From positions 32,001-96,000 of the IMG/VR virus record IMGVR_UViG_3300027659_000009: DNA of 64,000 nt. One strand, given 5' to 3'. Position 1 is the stretch's first letter. Each line of letters begins with the position of its first letter. This document shows, piece by piece, positions 39,092-49,405 of this stretch. The notes below the pieces were generated by a model. That model was not told the origin of the DNA. It saw only the letters and a list, made by a program, of their open reading frames with translations, and did no database searches. This DNA is from a virus. A program made the position numbers and the translations under genes.

Positions 39092-39277
39092 ATGTTTAAT
39101 TTTGATTTTGATGAATTAGATAGAAACCAAATTAGAACATTTGCATTAATTGCAGTTTTAGTTTTTTTTATTATTGTTGCAATACTTTTGATTTTCCCAA
39201 TAATTTTTTATATAATTGTATTCTTAGGTATAGTAATACCATCTTATTTCCTTTATAAAAACTATAAAAATAAATAA
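39092..39277 (+). CDS. small membrane protein
   Basis: long hydrophobic stretch. Confidence 0.5.
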   Translation: MFNFDFDELDRNQIRTFALIAVLVFFIIVAILLIFPIIFYIIVFLGIVIPSYFLYKNYKNK

Positions 39278-39278
39278 T

Positions 39279-41354
39279 ATGAATAGTGACATCTTAAAAG
39301 AAAAAAACATTGTAGATAGAATCCTTAATGATTTATCTAAGTACGGTGAAATTCCTAATAAAGGATTTTTATCTGGTGGTGCAGTTGCTAATACACTAAT
39401 GGGTTATGTATGGGACGGAGAATACCCTATCAATGATTTAGATATTTTTATTGACGATACTGATAATATGGTATTCCGTAACGTAACTACACCATTAAGA
39501 TCAAATAATTTAATCATTGAGGGTGATGGTTATATGGTTACTAAATTATCTTATGATCACGGAAGTAACTATCAAATAGTATCTGTGGAAAGAGAAGGTT
39601 TTTTGAATACAATTTTTATAAGTTCAGTTCAACAAAAAGTTGGATATGCTTTTATCCTTAACGGATTCGATTTTAATTGTTGTCAAGTTGGGATTGATTT
39701 AGAAAATAACACTATATGTTATACGGACTCTTTTGAGAATTTTCTTAATAACAAACAATTAGAGGTTACTGCAATTTATACTCCTGCACACACTGCCATT
39801 AGATTGTTTAAAAAATTAGATGAACTTAAATGTTTTTGTAATGTTGAGGAGTCTATGAATTTGTTATCCCAACCGTTATTGATGGAAAACCTAATCAATC
39901 TAAGTCCTAGACATTTTGGTTTATATTTTAGTACAAAGTATAAAGAAATGTATTTCACATACTATAGTAAAATAAAAGAATATTTTAAATTAACTAAATT
40001 CTTTGAACATAAGAAAAGTATGTGGAATTTAAGAAACGGTGTTAGTCAGATTGAGAACTCTAATCATGTGGCTAATTGGTTGAACCCAAATGTAAATATA
40101 CCTACAGAGGTATTAAGTATGTGGGCTAAGAACAACGATATAATGTGGACACTCACACCCAAAAAATATGTTGATTTAGATTTAGAAATCAGAAAAGTTT
40201 TATTCGGTGTTAGTTTTAACCCATTAACATTTATGAACGCCTATAATATAGTTAAAGGTAAAACTAATAAAAAGTTAAAGGCTAAGGCAGAGAAAGTGGT
40301 TATGGGTGATTACTACCTATGTAAGGTTATTTCTTTGGTAGATAATAATTTCTATAACTGTGATTTTGATTCTTCACACGTTAAAGAATTGGAATCTTTT
40401 ATGGATAAGGATAGGTGGGTAGTACCATATATTGCAAAGAATAGATTAAACCTACAAGAATCATTAATTTTAAGTAGAGAGATTAAACGGGTTTACAACA
40501 ACGAAGGTGAGTGGGTTTCAGAATTAGTTTCGAACTACCTAAATACCGTTAATAAGTTCTATAAAGTTACATATGAAAGTATTGTTGAGGGCATTAGGAA
40601 AGATAAAGAAAAATTCAGTCACAACCTTTTTGAACCATTAGATTTTAGCGATTTACCTTTACCTAAAGGTGTAAAAATAAAAGAGTTGATTACTGAGTTA
40701 GATTTACAATGGGCGAGTAAAAAACTAAAAAATTGTATGAACAATCCCGGACAAAATTATAAAGGTTCAATAGAGGGTGGTAATACTAAACTCTTTGTAA
40801 TTATAACACCAAACAATATGTCAGGTTTAGAACTAAGGTTAGTCGAAGACTCAGTTTTTAAAGAAACACAATTATTGTCATATTGTAATAGAGTGAGTAG
40901 TGAATATCATAAAATAATTTCTACTATTTTTACAAATTACCTCAATATGTTACATTTGAAAAAAACTTATGAAAGTAAGATTAATAATTTTGTGACTATT
41001 GATATGATGAATAGAGGTATTCTCGTTAATGTAAAAGATGAAGACACCTCAAAAAATAGTAAGTTGTTTGGTTTGGTGGATGAATTTGATGGGTTTGGAG
41101 AACCAGTACCAATGGATCAACCTGTAATGGAACAGGAACCAGTATATAATGTAACACCTGTTATGGTACGTGATCATCAAAATGGATTTCGTAGAAGGAT
41201 ACGTAATCAAAATAATACAGTTATATTAGGGGAAATACAGGATCATTTAACAGCGGAAATAAATCGTATTGGACAAACTTTAGATACAGATAATGAAGTA
41301 AGTGATAATGAGGTAGATGGGTATGATTACGATTATCCGGATCACAGGGCTTAG
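39279..41354 (+). CDS. nucleotidyltransferase-like protein with PcfJ-like C-terminal region
   Basis: LSGGAVAN..INDLDIF..FDFNCCQVG; ELITELDLQWASKKLKNCM. Confidence 0.55.
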   Translation: MNSDILKEKNIVDRILNDLSKYGEIPNKGFLSGGAVANTLMGYVWDGEYPINDLDIFIDDTDNMVFRNVTTPLRSNNLIIEGDGYMVTKLSYDHGSNYQIVSVEREGFLNTIFISSVQQKVGYAFILNGFDFNCCQVGIDLENNTICYTDSFENFLNNKQLEVTAIYTPAHTAIRLFKKLDELKCFCNVEESMNLLSQPLLMENLINLSPRHFGLYFSTKYKEMYFTYYSKIKEYFKLTKFFEHKKSMWNLRNGVSQIENSNHVANWLNPNVNIPTEVLSMWAKNNDIMWTLTPKKYVDLDLEIRKVLFGVSFNPLTFMNAYNIVKGKTNKKLKAKAEKVVMGDYYLCKVISLVDNNFYNCDFDSSHVKELESFMDKDRWVVPYIAKNRLNLQESLILSREIKRVYNNEGEWVSELVSNYLNTVNKFYKVTYESIVEGIRKDKEKFSHNLFEPLDFSDLPLPKGVKIKELITELDLQWASKKLKNCMNNPGQNYKGSIEGGNTKLFVIITPNNMSGLELRLVEDSVFKETQLLSYCNRVSSEYHKIISTIFTNYLNMLHLKKTYESKINNFVTIDMMNRGILVNVKDEDTSKNSKLFGLVDEFDGFGEPVPMDQPVMEQEPVYNVTPVMVRDHQNGFRRRIRNQNNTVILGEIQDHLTAEINRIGQTLDTDNEVSDNEVDGYDYDYPDHRA

Positions 41355-41420
41355 AAATTTATATATAAAATGTATCAATAATCCCATACTCTCCGATATT
41401 TATTATTAAAATATGGGGAG

Positions 41421-41609
41421 ATGGGAACTAACGAAAAAAAGGGGTGTGTTCTATTCTATCTTGGTAAAACCAAAGAGGAAGAACTTATGTTAAATTTCGA
41501 TCGAATTTATGACAACCACAAATTTTTGGCATTAAAAAAGGGATTCTTAGGTGAAATTAAATTCGTAGAATCCCTTGAAACTATATACATTTACGTTAAA
41601 ATATCTTAA
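41421..41609 (+). CDS. hypothetical protein
   Basis: 62-aa ORF; ATATTTAT at 41396. Confidence 0.5.
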   Translation: MGTNEKKGCVLFYLGKTKEEELMLNFDRIYDNHKFLALKKGFLGEIKFVESLETIYIYVKIS

Positions 41610-42103
41610 ACTGTTTTAGTGACGTTTAATGATTTGTTTATCTCGTACAACCCAACTTTATCGTCACCAACAATCTTTAAGTTGTCAATAATTTCTTTAA
41701 ATTTATTTTCTTCTTCTCTTTGTTCAATAACGAACCACTGTAAGAAATTTTCTGTCGTATAATCCCCAACTTCTTTACACTTACTAATAATCTTATTAAT
41801 AGAATTAGTAACCTTTCTTTCGTTGGATAATGACATCTGAAAAAGTTGGAGTATGTTAAACTCTAATTCCCCTTCATCCATAAAATTATAATTTGGTACT
41901 ATTGGATTTCCCTCTTGTTCTAAAACATACTCAAACAATTTAACCATATGTTCTCTTTCTTCATTTGATTGATTGAGAAAAAATTTAGATATACCGTAAT
42001 AATGATTTTCACTAAATTTTTTAGATAGGTTTAGGTAAAAATACGATGCCGTATTCTCTAACCATATTTGTTCGTTTAATAACGATAAAACTTCTTCATT
42101 CAT
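41606..42103 (-). CDS. ftnA: non-heme ferritin
   Basis: LNEQI..E..AS..Y, EEREH, E..VT, FLQWFVIEQREEE ferroxidase residues. Confidence 0.92.
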   Translation of the reverse strand: MNEEVLSLLNEQIWLENTASYFYLNLSKKFSENHYYGISKFFLNQSNEEREHMVKLFEYVLEQEGNPIVPNYNFMDEGELEFNILQLFQMSLSNERKVTNSINKIISKCKEVGDYTTENFLQWFVIEQREEENKFKEIIDNLKIVGDDKVGLYEINKSLNVTKTV

Positions 42104-42104
42104 G

Positions 42105-42293
42105 TTAATTGTTTTGTTCTTTTTTTTTCTGATTATATATTGCCTTAATTTTCTCTTCTCTTTTTCTGACAGATTCTTTTAAATATTCCTCTCTGTCTTT
42201 ACATTCTTTCACAATTTTGGTTTTTACGAATTTACCTTTCAACTCCTTTAAACCTCTTTCGATGTTACCGTTTTTAATTTGTACTATTAACAT
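42105..42293 (-). CDS. rpsU: ribosomal protein bS21
   Basis: MLIVQIKNGNIERGLK..K.K..KT....E...R..Y.K.SV.KR....KA.Y. Confidence 0.85.
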   Translation of the reverse strand: MLIVQIKNGNIERGLKELKGKFVKTKIVKECKDREEYLKESVRKREEKIKAIYNQKKKEQNN

Positions 42294-42367
42294 TTATTTA
42301 TTTTTATTATTAAATATGGTTATTTACTCAAAAATTAATATTTATTAGTAAAATGTAAAGGTTAATA

Positions 42368-43369
42368 ATGAAATTTAGTGAAATATTAAGTGAGGAGTTA
42401 GATAGAAACGGAATTAGGAGAGTACTCAATACAATTCAGAGACGTTTTATAGATAAATTAGAAAAAAAACCTAATTCATTGTACCCGTTTGATGGATCTA
42501 TGGTAAAGGTAGATTCTGTATATATACCATTATTTGATTTTATCAAAGAATTCATAACGACAGAATATTCTGATATGATGAATATATTTTACACTTTCAT
42601 AGTAGAGTACAATACTGAAGGTAACTATGAAAATGTTGATTCATTAGTAAAAATAAGTGAAAGTGAAATGGAGTCTATGTTTTCCGATGAAGTTATTATC
42701 TTATCTAAATATTTTAGAACATCTCCATTTTTAATTAGTAAAGAATCTTCATTATATTATGGTTTGCCTATATATTATGTTTATGAAGAAGAAAATTTTT
42801 ATTGTATTGGTGACTATCGGAATATGGTTAATGCTACCAAAGAATATCTTCGTGATCGTTTTTCAGATAATACAGAAATTATTGCTAGTATAGGTACAGA
42901 AGAGTATATAAATTATTTGTTTATAGAAGACTACGACAAAGATAGATTGTCGGATGAGATGGCGACAGAGAGAGAATCTGAAATGTCTGATGATCAAATA
43001 TTGGGATACTTAAAAAGGTTTAGTAAACCACATATAGTCGATTTAGTTAATAGTTATGAAAATTCTTCGGAAGATGAAAAAGGTAAAATAATAGAAGAAT
43101 TGAGAAAATATAGTATTGAGTTTTTATCTAATCAATATTATGATGAATTAGATGATGTTTTTGAATATTTATTAGAAAGAGGATTCATTAACACAACTAA
43201 TGATGGTAAAATTGAAATAAATCATATACCATACTATATTAGGTTTGATTGGAATAGTTTTATAGATGATGAGTCAGGTAACGTACATTTTGAACAATTG
43301 AGTGTTTATGGGCAGGTGTATAGATACGGTGGAGATAATCCATATTATATGATTAAAATAGATTATTAA
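42368..43369 (+). CDS. acidic protein, paralog family A (leader MKFSEILSEE)
   Basis: similar to 43370 and 47234 (YCIGD..; YY..K/R.D end). Confidence 0.65.
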   Translation: MKFSEILSEELDRNGIRRVLNTIQRRFIDKLEKKPNSLYPFDGSMVKVDSVYIPLFDFIKEFITTEYSDMMNIFYTFIVEYNTEGNYENVDSLVKISESEMESMFSDEVIILSKYFRTSPFLISKESSLYYGLPIYYVYEEENFYCIGDYRNMVNATKEYLRDRFSDNTEIIASIGTEEYINYLFIEDYDKDRLSDEMATERESEMSDDQILGYLKRFSKPHIVDLVNSYENSSEDEKGKIIEELRKYSIEFLSNQYYDELDDVFEYLLERGFINTTNDGKIEINHIPYYIRFDWNSFIDDESGNVHFEQLSVYGQVYRYGGDNPYYMIKIDY

Positions 43370-44452
43370 ATGAGAAGATTAATATTAGAAAACGAAATAA
43401 CTCCCTTTTATAAAAGGGTTTTAAAGTTACTTAACAAAAAGTTGGGTGAAGGTGAAGATGCTAGCGTAGTTTGGGATTTATTAACCAAAGAATTATCTAT
43501 AGATGATACAGATTCTAAAATAGAAATACTTCATCTATATACAAATCATTATGATGAATTAGGTAATTACGATAATTTAACTGATGTAGATTTAGAAGGT
43601 GTAAGTGACACTTCTTCATATAATGATGAACAAATTGCATTGTCACTATTTTTAGCCATACCACCGATATTAATAGAAAGTGAATATAGTCATCATGGTT
43701 TAAATTCATATAAGGATTTAACTTCAGATGAGATATATGCGATAGGTGATGATGATGAGGTTAGTAATGCAATGGAAAACTATTTTGATGGGTACGTTGA
43801 TGAAGTTGGTGGGATAGAAAATATGGATAGATATACAATTGATGATTTTATAGAGTTAGATGATTATGGTGTACAACAATACGCAGAAGAAAGTGCGGAC
43901 AATAGAATAGATGACATGAGTGAAGAAGATGTAATATCAGATGCAGGGTACGATAGTAGAGAAGAATATGAAGATAAGTTGTCAACATTAGAGGAAAGAA
44001 TTGATGAGTTAAATAACCTTTTAGAAGAAAAAGAAGGTGAATTAGATGAGAGGGTAGATGATGATGAAGATTTTTTTGGTACTGAAGAATACGAAGAATT
44101 AAAAGAAGAGATTAATGACTTGGAAATAGAACTTTCGGACAAACAAACTATTTACGAAGGATTGGGTGATGAGTTAAGAGAACTATTTGACACTGCGAGA
44201 CAAGAGTTATATGATACAATTGTATCAGACATAATTAGTGAGATTGACAATGATGGAGTGGATTATTTTATAAATAATTTAGGGATAAGTTTTTCTGAGG
44301 CAGTAGATTATTACTGTACATTTGATGAGTCAGGTTTAGAGAAATATCTTGCAGAAAATGAAGACAGAGGTAATACACTATCTGGTTATGATGGTAATGA
44401 AAATGAAATAGAGTATAATGGGATAACTTATTATATTTATAGAACAGATTAA
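43370..44452 (+). CDS. acidic coiled-coil protein, paralog family A
   Basis: YAIGDDDEV; coiled-coil insert; YDGNE.E..YNG.TYYIYRTD. Confidence 0.65.
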   Translation: MRRLILENEITPFYKRVLKLLNKKLGEGEDASVVWDLLTKELSIDDTDSKIEILHLYTNHYDELGNYDNLTDVDLEGVSDTSSYNDEQIALSLFLAIPPILIESEYSHHGLNSYKDLTSDEIYAIGDDDEVSNAMENYFDGYVDEVGGIENMDRYTIDDFIELDDYGVQQYAEESADNRIDDMSEEDVISDAGYDSREEYEDKLSTLEERIDELNNLLEEKEGELDERVDDDEDFFGTEEYEELKEEINDLEIELSDKQTIYEGLGDELRELFDTARQELYDTIVSDIISEIDNDGVDYFINNLGISFSEAVDYYCTFDESGLEKYLAENEDRGNTLSGYDGNENEIEYNGITYYIYRTD

Positions 44453-44462
44453 ATATATAAAA

Positions 44463-45710
44463 ATGAAAATAAAATTAAACGTAAGTCAATATAAAAGGTT
44501 ACTAGAAATGAGACATGATGGTAAATCCACTGGTTTATTTGCTGATGAAGAACCTAAAAAGGAATTGGGTGATGAAGATAGTACAGAAGAAATCATCGAA
44601 GGTAAAAAAAAGAAAAAGAATACACTATGTGCTAGAGGTATAAGTGCGGCAAAATCTACATATGATGTTTATCCTTCTGCGTACGCTAACGGTTATGCAG
44701 TTCAAGTATGTAAAGGTAAGGTTAAAGGATTGGATGGAGAAAAAAGATGTAGTGGGAGTTACTGTAGAGGTAAAAGAAATGAAACATATAATTTTGATGA
44801 TATAGAAGTTGCGGAAAGATTAGATGAAGATTTGGCAGTTTGGTTTGGAACAAAGAAAAAACCAAAAGGTAGTAAACAACCTAATGGGCCTTGGGTTAAC
44901 ATCTGTAGAAAAAAAGAAGGTGGCGGACATCCTGAATGTGGTAGAGGTGATTCCGATAAAGGTGGTTATCCAGTTTGTAGGGCAAAAAGTGTTGCAGCGA
45001 ATATGAGTCAGGAGTCTAAAGATTCTGCGTGTAGACGTAAGAGAGAAAAAGAAAAAAATGATGGTAAATCAGGGAAAGGACAATCTCCAAGTCCTATTAA
45101 AGTTAAAAACTATAAATCTAAAAAGAATGAATCCTTAAACTACGATAGAATGTTAATTACTGAAAACAGAACTATTATTAGTGAAGGTTTAAGATATCAT
45201 ATAGATAATGAAATACCATTAACTGAATCAGTTTATAGATATGGTAGTGAATCTTTCTTTAACTTAATAAATGAAGTTAGAGAATTGTACACCAAAGGTA
45301 AAGTCGACTTATCATTTAGTGACGAAGAGATTATAAGAACCGACATTGGTAAACAAGGTATCTATGAGGGTAGAAAGGTTTGGTTGGACATACCAAATGA
45401 GTATATGGAAATAAATGAGGCAGAATATAAAGGTAAGACTGTTGAGTTGAGTAAACCTAAAAGAGGTGGAAGTAAAAAGTTTTATGTTTATGTGATGTGT
45501 AATGGTAAGGTTAAAAAAGTTTCCTTTGGCGCAAAATCTGGTGGGGCAAATTTGTCTGTAAAACTTAGAGACCCTAAGGCTAAAAAGGCGTTTTCTGATA
45601 GACACAATTGTCCGCAGAAAAATGATAAATGTAGTGCGGGTTATTGGAGTTGTAGATTACCTAGATATGCAAAACAATTAGGATTATCAGGTGGAGGTAC
45701 TTGGTGGTAA
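44463..45710 (+). CDS. multi-module basic Cys-rich protein with leader
   Basis: MKIKLNVSQYKRLLE; modules YPSAYANG, LAVWFG..WV.IC, AEYKG..KKFYVYV..RHNC..AGYWSC resembling T4-like phage small proteins. Confidence 0.65.
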   Translation: MKIKLNVSQYKRLLEMRHDGKSTGLFADEEPKKELGDEDSTEEIIEGKKKKKNTLCARGISAAKSTYDVYPSAYANGYAVQVCKGKVKGLDGEKRCSGSYCRGKRNETYNFDDIEVAERLDEDLAVWFGTKKKPKGSKQPNGPWVNICRKKEGGGHPECGRGDSDKGGYPVCRAKSVAANMSQESKDSACRRKREKEKNDGKSGKGQSPSPIKVKNYKSKKNESLNYDRMLITENRTIISEGLRYHIDNEIPLTESVYRYGSESFFNLINEVRELYTKGKVDLSFSDEEIIRTDIGKQGIYEGRKVWLDIPNEYMEINEAEYKGKTVELSKPKRGGSKKFYVYVMCNGKVKKVSFGAKSGGANLSVKLRDPKAKKAFSDRHNCPQKNDKCSAGYWSCRLPRYAKQLGLSGGGTWW

Positions 45711-45733
45711 ATAAAAAATAAAAAATTAATATT

Positions 45734-46165
45734 ATGAATAGAATAGTTAAATTAACAGAAGAAGACATTAAAAACATGGTTAAAAAAACTATGAATCAAA
45801 TTAATGTACAAGGTGATGAACATCACGATAGAGGAAATAGATATATGTTTTTCTCAAACCTACAACAAATGAGAAGACAATGTGATATATTATTAGATAT
45901 GGATCCAGAAATGGTTGAGGGTGTTTTAGAAAATGGACACGATTGGGCACAAGATCACATTGCAGAGGCAAAAAACAATATTGATCAAGTATTTGATTTC
46001 TTAATGAATGAAACTAAAAAGTATGGTATGGAGTTATCTATGAATATAGATGATAATGATATGATGAATGAAAAGTGGAGTAAAGAATATAAAAATTCCA
46101 TAGATTGTAATAATCCAAAAGGATTCTCTCAGAGAGCACATTGTCAAGGTCGTAAGAAAAGATAG
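45734..46165 (+). CDS. protein with leader and C-terminal IDCNNPKGFSQRAHC module
   Basis: MNRIVKLTEEDIKNMVKK; HDWAQDHI. Confidence 0.65.
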   Translation: MNRIVKLTEEDIKNMVKKTMNQINVQGDEHHDRGNRYMFFSNLQQMRRQCDILLDMDPEMVEGVLENGHDWAQDHIAEAKNNIDQVFDFLMNETKKYGMELSMNIDDNDMMNEKWSKEYKNSIDCNNPKGFSQRAHCQGRKKR

Positions 46166-46166
46166 T

Positions 46167-46433
46167 ATGGATTTCCCGTTTGAAGAAAATAAAATAAATG
46201 GTTTTTATGTTCGTAAATTTTCTGATAATGTAGAGAATAGTGAATTGGTTTGGCATAGAGATAAAGAAGATAGGATTGTTGAGAGTGTTGGACATACAGA
46301 TTGGATGGTACAATTAGATAACCAACTACCTATCCCATTAACAGAAACAGTACTTATCCCAAAAGAAGTATATCACAGAGTAATTAAAGGTACTGGTGAA
46401 TTAACAGTTAAAATAAAAAAATTAAATGATTAA
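46167..46433 (+). CDS. small cupin-like protein
   Basis: WHRD.EDR...IPK..YHRVIKG. Confidence 0.65.
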   Translation: MDFPFEENKINGFYVRKFSDNVENSELVWHRDKEDRIVESVGHTDWMVQLDNQLPIPLTETVLIPKEVYHRVIKGTGELTVKIKKLND

Positions 46434-47232
46434 GTTAACTCAAATATTAAATGAATCTGAGGGTAATTTATCTTATTTAGATAATAAGGTTTATAGAAAA
46501 TACTTAAACGTTCTTAATAAAAAATATCCTGAACTTCAAAATGAGGTAAGGCAGTATATTTACCCTAAGATAGAGTTGGGGCAACAATTTAATGAAAGCA
46601 AACCCTATAACAAAATGTTTAATTTTTTTGGTACGGGTTTTTTCAATTTAGATGTTGACGATAAATGTGATTTAATTTTTCTTTTTATTTTAAATTTAGA
46701 CGTTAAAGATTTTTTAACTGAGGAATTAAATGTTGCTAATGGGTTATATTTTGTGACAATGGAAATGGCTCAGGAGGGTTATGATTATTACAGTGAAACT
46801 GAAAATCTTACGTGTGACGAATGTAACGGAAGGGGATCTGAACCTGTAACATGTTCAGATTGTGATGGGAAAGGCAAAATTGAGGATTCTGATGGTGAAA
46901 CAGAATCGTGTTATGAATGTGATGGTAGTGGTGAGAAAGAGGAAGAGTGTGATTATTGTGGTGGTGATGGTGAATACGAAGAGGAAATTCATAGTGTAAC
47001 TAAGATAATACATAAATGGTTTATGGTTATGACAGAGAATCCTGACTTCCCACAAGTTGAAGATGGTTTTGATTTTATTGAAAAATACGCTGATAAAGTG
47101 TATGTAATTACGGCAATCAAAGGTGATGAAGAAGTTGCCAGAGATGAGTCAAATTTACCTGACGACTTAGAGATTACGGATTATGATGTTGATGAACCAA
47201 ATAAATTCGGAATAAGATATATTATGCTTTGA
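46426..47232 (+). CDS. protein with DnaJ-type zinc finger and leader
   Basis: four CxxCxGxG repeats; MIKLTQILNE. Confidence 0.7.
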   Translation: MIKLTQILNESEGNLSYLDNKVYRKYLNVLNKKYPELQNEVRQYIYPKIELGQQFNESKPYNKMFNFFGTGFFNLDVDDKCDLIFLFILNLDVKDFLTEELNVANGLYFVTMEMAQEGYDYYSETENLTCDECNGRGSEPVTCSDCDGKGKIEDSDGETESCYECDGSGEKEEECDYCGGDGEYEEEIHSVTKIIHKWFMVMTENPDFPQVEDGFDFIEKYADKVYVITAIKGDEEVARDESNLPDDLEITDYDVDEPNKFGIRYIML

Positions 47233-47233
47233 T

Positions 47234-48457
47234 ATGGAAATAGATTTTAATGATATAACACCTTTAGATTTAAGAATTTTAAACCATTTAAGAAAGAATT
47301 CTATAACAGATGAGTGGGAACCACTTTATGACTATTTAGTTAACAATTTTAATAGTGATCCTGAAGATATACAAAAAATCATCTTAATTTATAGTGATAA
47401 AGAAAATAAAAATATAGATTTTAAAGACGTTAACAATATATCCATACCAAATTTTGATTATTCATCGTATGATACTAAAAGATTGGCGTTTGCAGAATTT
47501 ATTGACGTACATCCTGTTTTTGTTAAACCATTTGAAACATATCTTTCTAATCTTACTTCTTTTAAAGTATTGATACCCTCTATTGGTTATAGTATTAGGT
47601 ATGTTTATTATGTTGGAGACATTGATGCGGTACATAAAGAGGCGGATATGAAAATTCGTGAAAAAATAGATGAGGAGGGATGGGATTTTTTTAGTAATAG
47701 TTTTTTAATAGATTATGTTGAAATTAATCAAGAATATTTAGATTATAATGTAACTGAAATTGCTAAAAACGAATATGAATATGGAATAAGTAAATTTAAA
47801 TCTAAAATTGATGTGGAATTAAAGGAAAATCTTTTAAAAAATATTGATAAATATGATGAATACGAAGATTTGAAGTATACATTTGATGAATTGACTGAAA
47901 CTAAAAAAGAAATAGATAAAACTTTTTTAGGGTTAGATAATAACATCAATAAACTAGAGAAAGAAAAAAAAATTATTGAGATAGAAATAGAAAGGTTAGG
48001 TGATATTACAGATTATGGTGATGATGAAGATAGTTACTCAACAGAGTTTGATGATGAATTAGAAGATTTAGAAAATAAATTAAATAAAATTGAAAACAGA
48101 TTAGAAGAGGCGGAGTATGAATATAATCAATATTATAAGGATTATGATTCATTAGTAGACGAATTAGAAGTTGTAACCGAAAAATTAACCAAATATGAGG
48201 GTGTGAATTTCGAAAAGTTATATATGACTATTAGGAAAGAAAAGTTAAAAGAAAATTATAGTTATGATATTGAAAATTATGTTGATGAACTAAGTTTAAC
48301 TATGGGTGAGGCAATAGCCGACAACGTTTTAAAGATAGGTGATGTAGATTACCTAATAGATGAGGCAATAAAAAGAGATGGTCCTGAATATTTCATTGGT
48401 GACTTAACAAAAGATGTTTTTATTTATAACGGTGAGGAATATTACATTCTTTGGTAA
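47234..48457 (+). CDS. acidic coiled-coil protein, paralog family A
   Basis: DITP..RIL; YYVGD; coiled coil; YNGEEYYI. Confidence 0.65.
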   Translation: MEIDFNDITPLDLRILNHLRKNSITDEWEPLYDYLVNNFNSDPEDIQKIILIYSDKENKNIDFKDVNNISIPNFDYSSYDTKRLAFAEFIDVHPVFVKPFETYLSNLTSFKVLIPSIGYSIRYVYYVGDIDAVHKEADMKIREKIDEEGWDFFSNSFLIDYVEINQEYLDYNVTEIAKNEYEYGISKFKSKIDVELKENLLKNIDKYDEYEDLKYTFDELTETKKEIDKTFLGLDNNINKLEKEKKIIEIEIERLGDITDYGDDEDSYSTEFDDELEDLENKLNKIENRLEEAEYEYNQYYKDYDSLVDELEVVTEKLTKYEGVNFEKLYMTIRKEKLKENYSYDIENYVDELSLTMGEAIADNVLKIGDVDYLIDEAIKRDGPEYFIGDLTKDVFIYNGEEYYILW

Positions 48458-48501
48458 TATTGACATTTTAAGAAAAAATCCTTATTTTTGTAAAAAAAGA
48501 T

Positions 48502-48729
48502 ATGGAGAAACCAATTAACCCAAATGAAAGGGTAGTCCACCCAACCCACTACAACAAAGGTATTGAAATGTGGGATTATGCACATTCACATAATTTAGAT
48601 TTTTTTGAGGGTAATATTGTTAAATATGTTACTAGATGGAAACAAAAAAATGGGATTGAGGATTTAAAGAAGGCAAAACAATATTTAGATAAACTTATCG
48701 AATTAAATGAGAGTAATAATTGCAGGTAG
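48502..48729 (+). CDS. DUF3310 (SaV-like) protein
   Basis: HPTHY..IE..D..GNIVKYVTRW..KNGIEDLKKA..YL. Confidence 0.85.
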   Translation: MEKPINPNERVVHPTHYNKGIEMWDYAHSHNLDFFEGNIVKYVTRWKQKNGIEDLKKAKQYLDKLIELNESNNCR

Positions 48730-49054
48730 TAGAAATTTTAATGACTACGAAATACTAAAGAAAAAATTAAATGCAATTCTCAAAAATCAAAAAGAAGTAA
48801 CTATAATATCTGGTACCGCAAATGGTGCAGATAAGATGGGTGAATGGTATGCAAATGAAAATCACCTTAAGTTAGAACAGTATCCTGCGATGTGGGATTT
48901 ATTCGGTAAGAAGGCTGGGTATATGAGAAACGAAGAGATGGCTAAAATCGCAGATGCCTCCATAATATTTTGGGACGGTAAGAGTAAAGGATCCAAACAT
49001 ATGATAGATATTTCAAAAAAATATAATTTAAAACTGCGCATTGTGATGTTTTAA
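48707..49054 (+). CDS. SLOG / DUF2493 (YspA-like) protein
   Basis: IIAGSR.F, ISG.A.GAD, AG..RN..M, FWDG.SKG. Confidence 0.85.
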   Translation: MRVIIAGSRNFNDYEILKKKLNAILKNQKEVTIISGTANGADKMGEWYANENHLKLEQYPAMWDLFGKKAGYMRNEEMAKIADASIIFWDGKSKGSKHMIDISKKYNLKLRIVMF

Positions 49055-49078
49055 CATATTTATTTTCAAAAATATGTT

Positions 49079-49405
49079 ATGGATTATATTATAGATGAAA
49101 TTTACGAAATTTTTTGTGACACTGACAAACTACTTACAGTAACCTTTAAGGTTGAGGGAGACATTGAAGATTCTTATAGAGAATTGATTGACAGTGAATA
49201 TTACAATTGGTGTAACGAACATTATATTACCGAAGGTGAAAACTTAGTAGACTATGGTTATTATGATGATGAAGATGAGAACATACCAGACTTCTTTAAT
49301 CACAACAAATGGAATATGTACTACTCCAATGAAGATATGATTATAGAATACCTTTACGAGAACTATTCAGATTTGAGAACTTTACCTTCACCAAAGGTAG
49401 ATTAA
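49079..49405 (+). CDS. acidic hypothetical protein
   Basis: 108-aa ORF; ATATTTAT at 49056. Confidence 0.55.
   Translation: MDYIIDEIYEIFCDTDKLLTVTFKVEGDIEDSYRELIDSEYYNWCNEHYITEGENLVDYGYYDDEDENIPDFFNHNKWNMYYSNEDMIIEYLYENYSDLRTLPSPKVD

Noticed and set aside
46426-47232. Second dnaJ gene
   Set aside because: Only the CxxCxGxG zinc finger is present; no J-domain or HPD motif.
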